Positions 1 through 14,150 of a DNA stretch of 64,000 nucleotides are shown piece after piece; position 1 is the first letter of the stretch; each line of letters opens with the position of its first letter. Below the pieces are notes generated by a model. That model worked only from the letters and a program-made list of their open reading frames with translations, had not been told where the DNA came from and made no database searches. The DNA is from Octopus vulgaris (Eukaryota). Made by a program: the position numbers and the translations under genes. Location: positions 49,848,001-49,912,000 of the forward strand of contig OX597833.1 of assembly GCA_951406725.2 (NCBI GenBank), read 5' to 3'.

Positions 1-150
1 CTACTATAGCCTCGGGCCGACAAAGCCTTGCGAGTGGATTTGGTAGACAGAAACTGAAAGAAGCCCGTCGTATATGTATATATGCATATATTTGTGTGTT
101 TGTGTTTGTCCTCCCACCATCACTTGACAACTGTTACTGGTTTGCTTTCG
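1..150 (+). mobile_element. SINE family A (tRNA-derived, CORE-like, internal microsatellite), partial copy
   Basis: ctatagcctcgggccgac...gtggatttggtagac...aaactgaaagaagcccgtcg matches full copies at 55160-55594 and 63732-64000. Confidence 0.85.
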
Positions 151-1037
151 CGTGGAGCTTAGGTGATTCGCTCATAATCACACACATCACCCTGTCTGAG
201 ATTCGAATCCGCGATCCCTCGACCGCGAATCCGCTGCTCTAACCACTAGATCATATGCTTCCACCGCCGCCTTAACAGCCACGGTATATTGCGATGATTC
301 CATTCTAAAGACATTGTAATAATGTGCGACAATGCTAAAATTTCAGATGAATCACAAAATTGCCACAGCGGTAGAGTTAACATAAGCCTATTATTTATGA
401 GAATGTTTATAATGTTCTGATTGGTGGTAAATGGAATCATTTAACAGTTCTGTCGCTCTGAGTTTAATATTACCAAAATCAAATTTAGCGCTCATCCTCT
501 CGGGGTCGGTAAATGAAGTCGAATCTCCTCCTTTATTCTTTATCTGTCTGCCTCTGTCTTTCTGAAAAAAAAAATCGGCTGTGACTGGACATAGAGACTA
601 ATGGGCTTCCAGAAATGTTCTGTATTCCACAACAAAGCCCCTTCTAACTCTGCAGGAGTTGAAGACTGAAATGCAGGACACATCCTGATTCGTTCTGAAA
701 CCACATAATTATTAATTGAAAGTGCCTTTGTTTAATTAAAGTTCGGTGCTGCTGTTAGTAGTTTAGTTTACCCCAATATAGATTTGATCAAGCAAACTCA
801 TTATGAACGACAGTCCAGCTATGTCTATACAATCTTGCATTTTTTATAGGATGTACTCTGTACTAAATTATCCTGTGTAGCATTCTTAAGACGGTATGAT
901 TTGACTGAAGTGGATTTGGCTGCTGTTTTTAATCGGTCGAGAGACCACCGAAGCGTTCCCTCCCGTGAATTCAGTTCAAGGTATTTAGTCTTTTTATTTA
1001 ACCAACCTTAGGTCATCCCTGATCGATCCGAGCTATG

Positions 1038-1481
1038 GGATCTTCTCGGTTTGACCTGCAGTTTTTAAAAATAATTTCCACGTAACTAAACACTTTTAAA
1101 CTTCGAATACTGGTAGAATGTGTTTATAAAACATCTTTTTCTCTTGGCTTTATTGAGAAAATTCTATAGTTTGTAAGATATTTGTTGTTTTTTTCTTAAA
1201 TTTCTGCAATTTCAACCAATCAACGACGTCTATTGAGGTGAAAACATTCTGTGCCGTATGAATATGTCCCTCGTTTAAGAAACAGATTGGGTTTATTTAC
1301 ATTTGTGAAGAAAAAAAGATACCCTTCCCCCCACCCCTAACCGTAACCCTAACTAACCCTGACTCTAACCCTAACCCTAAAACAGATTGAAATGCAATAG
1401 ATCGATACTAGGGTAATAATTATGGGTGACAATTTCATATGACACCGCTAGAAAAAACTGCCGGTCAAACCGAAAAGATCC
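1038..1481. mobile_element. Non-autonomous DNA transposon (MITE), GG...CC termini, 8-bp TSD (Merlin-like hallmarks)
   Basis: ~29-bp TIRs ggatcttctcggtttgacctgcagttttt / aaaaactgccggtcaaaccgaaaagatcc (2 mismatches); TSD gagctatg (1030-1037) / gggctatg (1482-1489); internal ccctaa repeats at ~1335-1380. Confidence 0.85.
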
Positions 1482-2639
1482 GGGCTATGATTAAGTACGA
1501 TACTGCTATCATCCATTCCTTTTAGGGGGTTTTGTAGAACTATGCTATCTGATGTTTACTTGTCTTATTTAATACAGCAGGGAATGGTTTGACAAAAATT
1601 TACCTGCTACGCCTAACATATCGAGCAACATATAGATGCCGTCTCGTTGTCTCATGTCCAGTAATCCAACCACTTTTCTATCTGGACTGTGTAGGATGGA
1701 ATATATTAGCAGAGAAGCATCACCAGACCAGCTCTGTACTGTATACATATTAAATAAAACTATACAAATAAACGTCTTCTATATATTTATCAGAATATTT
1801 ACATAACGTCGATGTATTTACTTATTCTCTGAGAATTTACACAATATTTATTTAAGCATTGTCGAAGAACAATGTTAGGAGAACAACATTTTTATTATAT
1901 GTGGTTTTACTGTGTAAAAGTCTATATGTTAATTCAATTATTAGAAAGTGATCAACATCAAACTTTTATGAACGTTTTTCAAGATAAAACTGTAATAAAT
2001 TGTAATAAAGCTGTTCTAAGACATTTTATTTCGAACGAAAACTGATCTTTAGTACATATATTGTTTTCATATCAAGTACTTTATCGCCTTTTACGTTAGA
2101 AATACTCACATCAGATAACTGGCTCGGACGTATACTAGAATGAGTTATACCGCTTCTTTATTGTTCTACATCTTCCCCGAGCATTAACGTCCGGCGAAGA
2201 TGTCCTTCTTAGCCATCTCGAAGTTAATAAAAATAAATGCATCCATAACACAGACACGGCCATAGCTGCATGGTTAACAAACTTGCTTCGAAAATCATAC
2301 ACGCACATACAGGCAGTCTAGCTGAATGATTAAAAATTTCGCTTCGTAACCAAGATGTCTCGGTTTCGGTTCCACTGCCTGACACCTTAGACAAGTGTCC
2401 TTTTCTATAACCCAAACTTGTTGAGCGGATATAAAGAGAGAATTTGCATTGAAGATCATCGAATGTACCTGCAATTTAATGGTTCTGTCTTGTCACACAT
2501 TGTCTCATTAAATCCGCATCTGAAGAACACTAAGCCACTTTACATGCGAATGCAATGAACTTGACAGTTCAATTGATCAAATAACCGAACACTAGTGGTC
2601 GAAAACGTTAAACGAAATTCAGCCCTATTTGTATGTTAG

Positions 2640-2711
<72 letters not shown>

Positions 2712-2790
2712 CCTGTCTGTCTGTCTGTCTATTTATCTGTCTATCTGTCTGTTTATCTGTTTGTCTATCTGTCTTTCTATCTGTTTGTCA
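2640..2790. repeat. (CTAT)n/(CTGT)n tetranucleotide microsatellite
   Basis: Direct inspection. Confidence 0.95.
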
Positions 2791-3528
2791 TATAGTTGTC
2801 TGATTGTCCGCCCATCTATCTATATACATACGCGTATACATGTCTGTAAATATATAAATTTATGTCTGTTACTCTATCTCTCTATCGCTCCCCCTCTCTC
2901 TCACCATACACACAGAGAAACATATACGCAAACGTATATTGGTATTCATTTTCGACTGAATTTAGTTCTCTTCTCTAAATTGTTTATCTTACGAAAACAA
3001 TGAGATAAGTACAAGTCAGTCTACAGGGGGTCGACATAGAATCGACAAAAATTCCTTAAAGTCTGTGGTCCAGTATGACTACCACCCAGTGAACGAGACG
3101 AGTGAGTGACAAATGAAAGAAAACTGATGAACCTAAATCAAGCTGTAATGACTCCTCTCCATACTCTTTACTGTAATAACACCTGAAATTTATGCCACCA
3201 ATAATACCTTGCTTCTTTGAAATCTTATATATTTGCACGTATCATACGCCTCTTAATATTTCGATGCCTATTAGTGTTCCAACTAATCTATTGCCTCCAG
3301 TCTACTAAAATATACTGAATACGAATTTCTTTCGAATATTATTAATATAAAATACTCTTGTAAAATCCTCTATTAATTTGTTTACCTCCACTTGTGCCTA
3401 TTATTCATTTGTACTATTACCTATTACCTTGCAACAGTAAGCATTTGAATATAAGTAGGTAACCCTCCAGTAATATATTGGATATTTATTATCCCTCATA
3501 TGGCTGTCTAACCTCTAACTTATATATA

Positions 3529-3585
<57 letters not shown>

Positions 3586-3589
3586 ATGA

Positions 3590-3720
3590 GGGCGCATTGC
3601 TTAATGGTCAGAGCGTTGCACTAGCGATCGGAATCTCAGTTCCGAGACTGGGTGGTGTGTTTGATTTCGAGCAAAGACATTTCTTCTCACGTTGCGCCGC
3701 AATCACTTCGACACATGTCA
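3590..3720 (+). mobile_element. Degenerate tRNA-headed SINE 5' part (related to copies at 42088 and 50015)
   Basis: A-box-like ttaatggtcagagcg followed by gagcaaagacatttcttctcacgttgc, similar to gagcaaaatatttcatctcatgttgc at ~42178. Confidence 0.55.
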
Positions 3721-6099
3721 AGTCTCTCTCTCTCTCTGTTGCCTGACTTCTGGAAGCTTTTGGTTGCTACGTAATCAGAGGAAAAGGGAAATTTGAGCTT
3801 TGCATGCCCCCTGATGGTGGTGAAATATAATGTAGATGATGTTCAGTTTAAGAATCTATAGAGTAACGCCTGCAAGAAAAATTAGGTGATGAGGGAAAGA
3901 ATCTCAGAAGTTTGCATTTATTAAGAAGAATGATTAGAAGAGTTTAGGGTGGGATAAGTTAGGTGTGATCTAGCAGGGTTGATACAAGAATATGGGAGGA
4001 AAGATTTGTCTTGTTAGAGAGTGTAAACAAGCTAAATCAGAAGAATAGAAGCAGTTGTAATTTCGTTGCAAGTGACAGAGAGGAGACATATATTTATGAG
4101 CGCGAGGTTGTAGCTTGCTGACAAGTGAAATGTTAGCAACCACTTGAACGGATGTATGTTCAGATCTTTGTAAGTAACAACATAGCTTCCGCCCTTAGCT
4201 TCTCATTTCTGCAAACATAATTCCATTGTGCATTTTACATCAGTTTTGTAGAGCGCCAACAACTGATCAAGTTTGAAATAATTTCTGGTGATAAAGCAAT
4301 GGTTAGCAAACAGTGCGCTAGAATTGTATCTAGGTACGTCACTTATTTAAAAAAATTTAGTTAAGGTTTTATAAATTTCATGAAGAATTTGTTGGTCATA
4401 ATTTTGTTTTACAGACTATGATTACTAAACTAACACTATACATCATTAGTATACAATTGTGGTAGAAATTTACGTTGGGGTTATTCGAAAATGTCAGGTG
4501 TTTGATAGACGTAAATTGGGAATTATTGAATTGAATGTTAGATCTTTCGTTTTGACACCATTGACTATGCTAAATTGTCAAACGTATCTTACAGAATTGT
4601 GGTTTACCACAATGAACTTTTAGATATGACAATTAATGAAGTTGATTAGTTACGCATTCAGCTTTCCTGTAGTTCACAGAGTCAGTCTACATGCATTTCT
4701 TAATTAAAAAAAAGCAACATTTTCTTATTCTTTATTTGCGAAAAGTATCAGTAATTTTTAATTTCCCATGCAGAGCTCACTAGCAATTTATTTTCTTGTC
4801 TACTGTGTGCCACAAAGTCTCATAGCTCAATAAACATTGTTTCAAGAAAATCCTAATTTTTGAGAAGCAGTTTCAATAATATATATAACATTTTAAAATC
4901 ATTATGTGCAGCAGAGAATCCCATTAGTGTGTAGAGTTTTTTGTTTAGAAGTAGAAAGGAGAGTATCCGATACAAGTCTGTTTGATGAGTATTTGTAATG
5001 GCTATGATTAAGTACTATTCAACGAATATACCACATTTTTTTTACAAATACCACCACTTTCCTCTACATTGATACGAGGAAAGCAATAATATAAAAAAAT
5101 TGTGGGAATTTTGACTCCCTCCTCATTCTTTGGTAAAGTATTGGTAAAACATATGACGTATCCATGAAATTGTTCTTTCTTCATCATAACGTTGAAGGCG
5201 TTCGAAAAGTCTAAAAACCATTCTCATTTTATTAAACGACGGAATTTGTATGCGTCCATTTCTGTTCTCACCATCTCTCAAAGCAGTTACGCTTTGAGAA
5301 GCGCTTTCTTGCATTGATGCCAAATAATCCTGCTGTAAAGGGCTCTGAGAAAAATGACGCACATTTAATTTACTTTACCTGGGTTTCTGTTTCTTTCTCC
5401 TCTGTCTGTCCCTTAGTTGAACACTCAAACATTTGTTGAAATTTATTATTTGTATCTTCCCTCCCCCCTGGGGACATCATTCAAATTTCCTCATTTTTCA
5501 TTTCGCATATTATACATTCACACACAAACAAACGAATAAAACAAACTCACAAAAACATATATACACTCTTCCTCTTTCATTTTGTAATTGTGTATACCTG
5601 CATATACAATATACATATACGAATACATACAGATACGCATGGATACAATTACACTCAGACACATAAACAGACGTACATGTATGTTTTACCAATGTTGTGA
5701 AGCAAACAAGTGATAATAGAGACAAGCATTCATGTATCCGCTTCTCGTATCACTTTGTCTCTAAATCAACGAAATTTATTTTTTATCAAGATTTTGGAAG
5801 TGTAGGCTCTGATGATGTAAAACAATGTCTTTAACTTCATTATGCAAAATCTTTCTATGGCCTCGTATCTTTCTTTTTATCAACGGTTACCCTTTCTTCG
5901 GGCAACATCGGTGGCTTTGAGATTCGAGACGTGCGGCATGAGCAACAAACAGCTGCTCTTTACAGCTCACCTAGCCCAACCCCGTCAGAAGACACTCCAA
6001 CACTGTCTCACCGACAGTGCAAAGCGGAAATTAGCAGTCTATCGGTTATAAGTTTGTGTTCATCGGAGGGATATGTCATCACGTCTCAACGGTCGACTA

Positions 6100-7045
6100 G
6101 CTCCTATTGAAGACTGGGAAGCCTCCCAGACTATTAAAAGGCAAATAAATTAAAGAGGATGGCGTGACATCATGCCTTCTTCTCTAAGTGCGTTGGGATT
6201 AAAAAAATAAGTTGTCTAAGCTGATAATACAAGACTTATAATAACGAAAGTTGATGCATCAGTGATAGCCGCAAACCCAAGTGAAGCCAGTACATTGGTA
6301 ATGTATTAAGATTGGGTGCCATTCAAACCGAAGTAATCAGTTGTGCAAAGAGCGTTTCCACCGTCACAGAAATATCTTTGTAGATTTTGAAAGGAACGGT
6401 CGGGTTGAGAAAGCAGTTTCAATACGCCCCGGGATGATAAATACAGTTTGAATGAACAGCGGTACAGAGAAAGAAGTAGTCTATAGGACGCGAGTCTTAA
6501 ACTCACTGCTTTAAGGCAGTGAGAAATGGAGCTTCCAATCCAGAAAACTACGGTACCTGAACGCCGTCCACTTTGGCAAAACGACACGTATCTTGGACAT
6601 CAAGTAGACGAATTTAGCCACCAACACTCGGGCCCCAATACGCACTTAGATGTCTTGCCGCTTCGCCCTGTTCTATAACAATGTCTTCGCTGGTTGGACG
6701 GCATAACATGTTAGGGAGATACTAGGTTCACAAAAATCCTGCTGCATTGGAAGCTGATTCCCAGGAAGAAGCCACAAGACAGATCTCATTTCGTTTCAAA
6801 GAAGTGAGCGAGAGAAATAAGAAGCCACTGAAAATGATTGTCGATAGGTAAGAGTTTGGAGGTAGGGGTGGATTTAAAAAAAGAGGAGATGAAGCTGTGG
6901 CTTGTTGCCATAGATAAGTGCAATCTCCGAAAGATAAAACAGCACCAAGACAACGCCGGCTAACAGCACAAGGCAGTCGCTGCATCCGGAACAGATCCTG
7001 ACGTGTGGATTTCTACTGCCACAAGTATGCGGAGTTACTGCTCTA
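6100..7045 (+). mobile_element. Decayed RTE-clade (BovB-like) LINE, 3' part of the RT ORF
   Basis: Manual translation gives YRTRVLNSLL*GSEKW (cf. RTE YxAxVLxxLLYGSETW) at ~6482 and CLRWL...DTRFTKILLHWKLIPRKKPQDRSHF/RFKEVSERNKKPLKM (cf. RLRWLGH..DxRxPKxLLYGEL..GRPxLRFKD) at ~6682-6835; many stops and frameshifts; 5' boundary approximate. Confidence 0.8.
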
Positions 7046-8017
7046 CGACACGCACGCACGCAAACACACACAATTGCACACACTATAAATTCAGGCACCA
7101 AATATACAAGCATATTTACATATGGACACAACAAACAATTTACACTTAGGAGAATGTAATCCTATGCTTTAAGTAATGATATATTATTTAATGTCACAAA
7201 TCTTATTGGTGATAATTCTGACGCCATTTCCGTGCAATCATCAGGTGACTAGAGTTTCTAAAACAATCGTTTGAGCATACATAAGAACATACGCGTATAA
7301 AATACATACAAACATATATGAACATACGTGTATCACACAAACACACGAACACATACACATACACGAACACATATACTTTCTTGTATCTGTGTATGTACGA
7401 ATGCTTACGTGTTCATTAGTATGAAAGACCGGAGAATGGCGAAAACAACGAAGCATAACAAGATGGACGTGTGTTAGGCGTAAGGAAAATATATGCAGTA
7501 ACAAAACGGTTGGATATTGAAAGAAAAACGAGTTTCACACCAGAAATTATAATAATTGTCGAATCATCATCTTTATTACAGGATTCTATTAAAATATGAG
7601 AATGTCTGTGTATCTTTGTGTGTTAGTATTTGATTGCGTTAGTGTGAGTGTGTGTCTGTGTATGTATTTTAATACTGTTAAACTGAAGCTGTGTCCATGT
7701 TTTCGTGTATGAACGTTAATGTTAATATATATATGGGATGTACAAAATTTGTAAATGTTTATATCTGTGTTATGTGTGAGAGCTTGAGTTCACAAATCTT
7801 TGAATTTGTCTGTAGGAGGTCGGTGTTGTGTGTGTGCACTCTTGTGCATGCATGAGCACATGAGAATGTAGTTGTAGATTTAATGTGGTAGTTTGTCAAG
7901 GGAGATTACTTCAGGTAAATATATATCATATATCATATATTATACATATAGATTTACGACTGAAGATACTTGCTTTATATATATAAATGTGTGTGTGTAC
8001 ATATAAATTATGTCTTT

Positions 8018-8019
<2 letters not shown>

Positions 8020-8090
<71 letters not shown>

Positions 8091-8325
8091 TATACATATA
8101 AATATTATATACATTATATAGACACACATATATATATTTATATGTATGTATGCATTTATATAGATATATATATATTACATACACATATATATGTATACAT
8201 ATATATAGACATATATATACATACATATATGTATATATAAAAGTATATACATATATGTATGTATGTACATATATGTATATGTATATACATATATATATAC
8301 ACATACATATATAGCTATTTACATT

Positions 8326-8358
<33 letters not shown>

Positions 8359-8520
8359 TAAGCAATAAAGGGTTTAGCAACGAATTGCCTTACCACAGAC
8401 CGAATTTAGAAATAGCAGTCAAAGAGTTATAGCTATTTCTTCTACTATATATATATATATATATATATATGCATTACGTGTAAATATTGGTTATATATAT
8501 ATATATATATATATAATTAT
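8020..8520. repeat. (TA)n-rich compound microsatellite
   Basis: Direct inspection. Confidence 0.95.
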
Positions 8521-9547
8521 ATTTAGAAAGAGTGAGAAAGGGGAGAGTGTGAAATATTTATAAATTAAATCTGGATATAATGTCTCATAGCTGTACGTAT
8601 GAGCATAGCGGTGTATGTTTGTTCATGTGCGTTTGTAAGTGTATGCACGTGTATGTAATATATGTATGCATGACTGCACGTACGCACATATATACATAAG
8701 TGCATCTGTGTTTGTGTTGTATACACATACACACACACACTCATTTCTAATATATGTATGCATGCATGCATATATACATACATATTAGGTGTGTATGATC
8801 GCATGATGGTTTCTCTAGTGTCAATTATTCTCTTTAGCAGTGTATCTCCATGCGCGTGCTTAGTGTGTGCATACATGTATGTGTGAGTGTTTGTGTGTAT
8901 GTGTATGATTATGTCTTTATGAGTGTGTACGTGTGTAACAGATAGTTTCATTTAATTTATTTCAAGGTGTGTTGTAGTTAGCATTAGCAATTCTGATTCT
9001 GCTTAATGTGTATCACCATGCAGTCCAGTAATTGCCAACGTTTGTATGCTGTTTGTGTGTGTGTGTATGGATGGATGGATGGGTGTTTGCGTATGTGTGT
9101 ATTTGTTTGTGTATGTGTGTATTTGTTTGTGTATGTGTGTATTTGTTTGTGTATGTGTGCGTGTGGATTTGGGCTTAATTGCACGTGAGTGTTTTATAAA
9201 GTCGTTGATTAAATTTTTAGTCATTCATTTATCATCGCATAGAAGTCTAGGCAACTCGTACAGTGCCGCTGCTATCTCACGCAGCCATTTTGTGCTGCTG
9301 TTGTTGCTGCGGTCACTGCTATTGTTGTTGTTGTTGTTGTTGTTGTTATATTAGTTGCTGCTGCTGCTATTTAAGACATATTTTTATTATAATAAAAATA
9401 AAAAAAAAATAATCATAATAATAGTCATGATAAACATGATAATGATAATGATGATAATAATAATAATGGTAATGATGATGATGATTATGATCAAAAAACA
9501 GAATATTATTTGAAAATAATATTAACAATGGTAACGATGACAATCAT

Positions 9548-9766
9548 AATTTCTACTGGAGGCGCACAGGGCCTCAAATTTGTGGGGAGGGGACTAGTCG
9601 ATTTACATCGACCCCAGTGTTTCACTGGTACTTAATTTATCGACCCCGAAAGGATGAAAAGGCAAAGTTGACCTCGGTGGAATTTGAACTCAGAACGTAG
9701 CTGCGGACGGAAATACTGCTAAGCATTTTTGCCCGGCGTGCTAACGATCCTGCCTGCTCACCGCCT
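9548..9766 (-). mobile_element. SINE family B (tRNA head plus Meta-like central domain)
   Basis: Reverse complement of ggcggtgagc..gcag..atcgttagcacgccgggc...gagttcaaattcc...gcc(t)tttcatcctttcggggtcgataaattaagtaccag; the central part resembles the MetaSINE/Sauria domain. Confidence 0.9.
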
Positions 9767-9787
9767 TAAATAAAAAAAAAAAAATAA

Positions 9788-9836
<49 letters not shown>

Positions 9837-12504
9837 TTGATAATAATGGCGGTAATTTTAACCATCATGATGACTTGTGAAGATGATAAAAATTAACAAT
9901 ATGTATACAAATAAAAAAAACACACTGGGCACACATATAAAATCTTGATAATTGCTTTATAACTCTATGCAGATGAACATACGTAGCAAATTGAATTTAA
10001 CACTGGAAAAAATACCAACCTAAAAAAAAATATAATATATATATATATATATTTATAAGGAACAAAAAGGAAGACAATTTAAAACTGTATTGACAATTAC
10101 AAGAAAATAATCAATATATGGGGCTTTCTGTTCAGTAAATTTATATATATTTTTTTTTATATATCTTTTACAATGAAATAAATTTGGCTACCGAAGAAGA
10201 AATTTAAAAAAAAAAAAACAGACAAAAAATAATAATTCTTAAAGAAAAAAAACTGTAATAAATAATAGCTGTATTGAATTTTTATTTTTGGAGAGGGAGT
10301 AAAAAATATAGATTCGTACATGGAGTAAGAAGTTCCAACACAATAATCTAGAGTAGCTAATTTTTATAGAACACACAATCCCACAACGAACCGGTGTTTA
10401 CTATATTGTTTACTTCATAAAGATAATTGTTCTTATAGCACATTATTACTCTTGGTAATTTTAATGATAATAGCGTTGATGTTACAGTTGGATTAAGCAT
10501 TGACTTTGGTTCAATTTATTACGCTTGAATATCAGGCAAACCATGATTCAACGCAGCGCTCGTCGCACGATTTGGACTAATTTTATCGATGTTATGAATC
10601 CACCATTTCAGCTACTTATTCAAATTCAGTTTGGTATTGTTTTTTTTTTTCATTTCCACAGTGATTATTGTTTTATTGAAACTAATTACTTCAAGTTTTA
10701 CTTTATGCCTCAACAGGGTTTCTACAGTTCCATCCTCATTGTGTTGTAATGACCCACGGTACAAGTCATCGCTTTTTCAGCTACAAATTATAAGTATCGT
10801 AATGATGCTCAGTCGGTCAACTTTTCTGCAGAACAGCTTAGTCTATGATTGATAAGATTACTTAAAAAATATTTCTTTCGCATCTTATCCGATTAAGTCT
10901 ACAGTTTCAGATGATCTCTTTGATAGACGTTTATAGATTAAGCAATACCGGCTGCTCTTTTCAATCTTTTCGACTGATTTCGTCATAGCTACTTATTTGA
11001 ATTTTCTTTGCTTTTCCTTAATCACGAAGCTGATATCACCAGTACACATCAAAAGTTAAGTGAACGGTATTTTGTACTGTTTACAGCGCCACCTTACGAG
11101 CTGGAATATCAGTCATATCTGAATACATTTTAACCAGAAGGTTAGAGTAAGCACTGTGCCTTTTTGCCTTAATCGATATTGCTTTTTAATACTCGGGAAA
11201 TAGTTTTTGGATAACTATTAGCCACAATTAGTATAAGATCGGTGGGGATAGGTTAACGTTTTCTCATTGAAAAAAATTTTTGATGTATTGTTTAAAAGAG
11301 AAACAAAACAAGCAGGACTCCTTGGCATTGCCAAAAACAGATTACTGCAAACAATTTCATTGAAAATGTTCTCATAAAAATCTACTGACAAAGAGATAAT
11401 CAGATACAAGAATAATTATGAAGCAATTTCTTTAAAAAAGATAATAAATATATAATCTTCATCAGTTATAAGGAGGAATTCCAAGCTAGGATGGCACAAT
11501 GGTGATTCTACTTCTGTATGTGGAATTCACTTAAGAGGGTTGCTGAGTGTAACTAACAAAACGAAAAACAAAATAATCAAGTTGAACAATATAACAACTT
11601 CTCATACATTTTAAATTTTCAGCCTCGCATCATTTTTTAAAAATTTGAATTGTTTAAGATTTATGCAATACAATATTCATTTTTACCACAGCCATCCGGT
11701 CACTCTGTTTTGTTTTGTTTTGTTTTTAATTTGTATATTTAATTTTGTTCAAGAGCAATGATACTAAAATTGTGGTAGTATAGGTTCAGACAACAGACCA
11801 ACTCAACAGTTACAGAAATATGAACGGTGTTGTTCGTGCTTATTTAACAAAAAAAAAATCATGTAATGTAATAATCGTTATAATGAAAATGCGACTGCTT
11901 ATCTAAGTTGACATTATGAATGGGTATTTGTCAGGAGTGTGGGCATATTATAAATATATGTGTTTCTAGGGTCAAAGCTAAAGAAATTAATGGAGTGCAT
12001 GCAGTACATATTTTCTTCTTGCAAATTGCTTTTTTCTTGTTTTTATTTTTTTATAAGTCAAGGCATTATATAATAGGTCCATATTCCGTCTTACGATCTT
12101 TCAATTTATCCCACTCCACGTATTTTAACCTTTAGCTAAATGTCTTCTACTGAATAGTTCCAACATATGAATGGTACCATTAAATGTTATATTTGTCGAT
12201 TGTCGTGCACATGGTAGTCTTCTGAAACACAGCAGTGGGAGGCAGGTTAGAGTATAGTGGGAGTAGTGAAAGGTAAAACAGAATATGAAAGCATTTTTAA
12301 TTATAGACTTATAATTAACAAGATGCAGCAATATCATTCGATAAAAGTTGAAAAACGATCTATGACAACGAAGTGGGCCTACATATTTAATATAAGAAAG
12401 ACCTAAGTTCCCTATTGTAGTCTGTTTCGGTAGTTGATAGTAAATTCAAATAATCCTTACCTTTAGAAATTATATGAGCTAATTATAATATATCTATGTA
12501 AGTC

Positions 12505-12513
12505 TGTGTGTGA

Positions 12514-12546
<33 letters not shown>

Positions 12547-12638
12547 TATATATTTATATATATACACACATACATACACATACGTATGTGTATATATATA
12601 TATAGATATATATATATATATACTCATATATATATATA

Positions 12639-12681
<43 letters not shown>

Positions 12682-12900
12682 ATATATATATATGTACATA
12701 TAAATATATATGTATGTGTTCTATATGCACTGCAATTTATATGCATATATATGTGTATGCGCAAGTGTGGGTACGTGTGTCTGTGTGTGTGTACTATGCA
12801 TACGAATAAATATACATGTTTATATATAAGTATACACATCCATTTATATATACGTACACACAGAAATATATGTATGAACATGTATATACATACATACTTC

Positions 12901-12946
<46 letters not shown>

Positions 12947-13024
12947 CGTCTGTGTGCACGGAAATGTATATACGTATACATAGCTGAACATAGGAAAGAA
13001 AAACTCAAATACACATTCACAGAA

Positions 13025-13057
<33 letters not shown>

Positions 13058-13474
13058 CACGTGAAAGTACCCGTCTGTGCTTGGAAACAAAGTTGTCGTT
13101 TCAGCATTGAGCTAGCTGTCTATTGAAATGAATGTTTTTAAAGAAACCATTAACTTTATTGTTATATAATACACTCTCCGCTACGTTACACGCCTAACAA
13201 ATGTTATGTAATATAGACGCCATTATGCCTTACCCTTACGAATGAATGCAGCCTTATGGCAATGTGAAAAGTCGGTAATATAAAAGTGTAGAGAATGTAT
13301 AAGAACAAAACTATGAATGAAAACGAACAATGAAAGGTGTATGTACACATACATGCATACATATGTGTATGAGTTTGTGTATGTGTGTGTGTCTGTCTAT
13401 GCGTGCTTGTGTATATGTCAGTGTATTTATGCGCGCGTGCATATATACTCACTTATACATATATAAACATATAT

Positions 13475-13561
<87 letters not shown>

Positions 13562-13682
13562 TATGTGTGTGTGTCTATAATATAATGTGTATTTATACAT
13601 ATTTATATGCATGTATTCATATACAGGTATATGTGTGTGTGTGTGTGTATCTTAGTATGTAAAAATATAAATGTATGTATAC

Positions 13683-13717
<35 letters not shown>

Positions 13718-13785
13718 TATGTGTATTTATTTATATGTGTGAATATGTATATATTTATATATGTATATATATATGTGCCTTTGTG

Positions 13786-13826
<41 letters not shown>

Positions 13827-13908
13827 TTACAGCTTATAAATATATATGTGTGTATTTGTCTATGTATGTATGTATGTATCTATCTATATATCTACCTACA
13901 TATTTCTC

Positions 13909-13951
<43 letters not shown>

Positions 13952-14094
13952 CTGCAACTGTACATACCTCCTACAATATATATTTATGTATGCTTACATA
14001 TATACTTACACATCTATATGTATATAAGCTCCAGATGTACATATTCCTACACGTACATGTATACATGTGTGTGGATGTGAGTGTGTGTATATAT

Positions 14095-14125
<31 letters not shown>

Positions 14126-14150
14126 TATGTATATATATATATATGCATTA
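12505..14150. repeat. Extended (TA)n/(CA)n/(TG)n microsatellite mosaic
   Basis: Direct inspection; source of many artefactual YI/HT/CV ORFs. Confidence 0.9.

Noticed and set aside
1335-1380. Telomeric repeats as a chromosome end
   Set aside because: Short, degenerate and internal to a TIR element
3740-4050. Possible Penelope RT C-terminal relic (FPSSPNFSCRR on the minus strand)
   Set aside because: Single weak motif with no supporting neighbouring motifs
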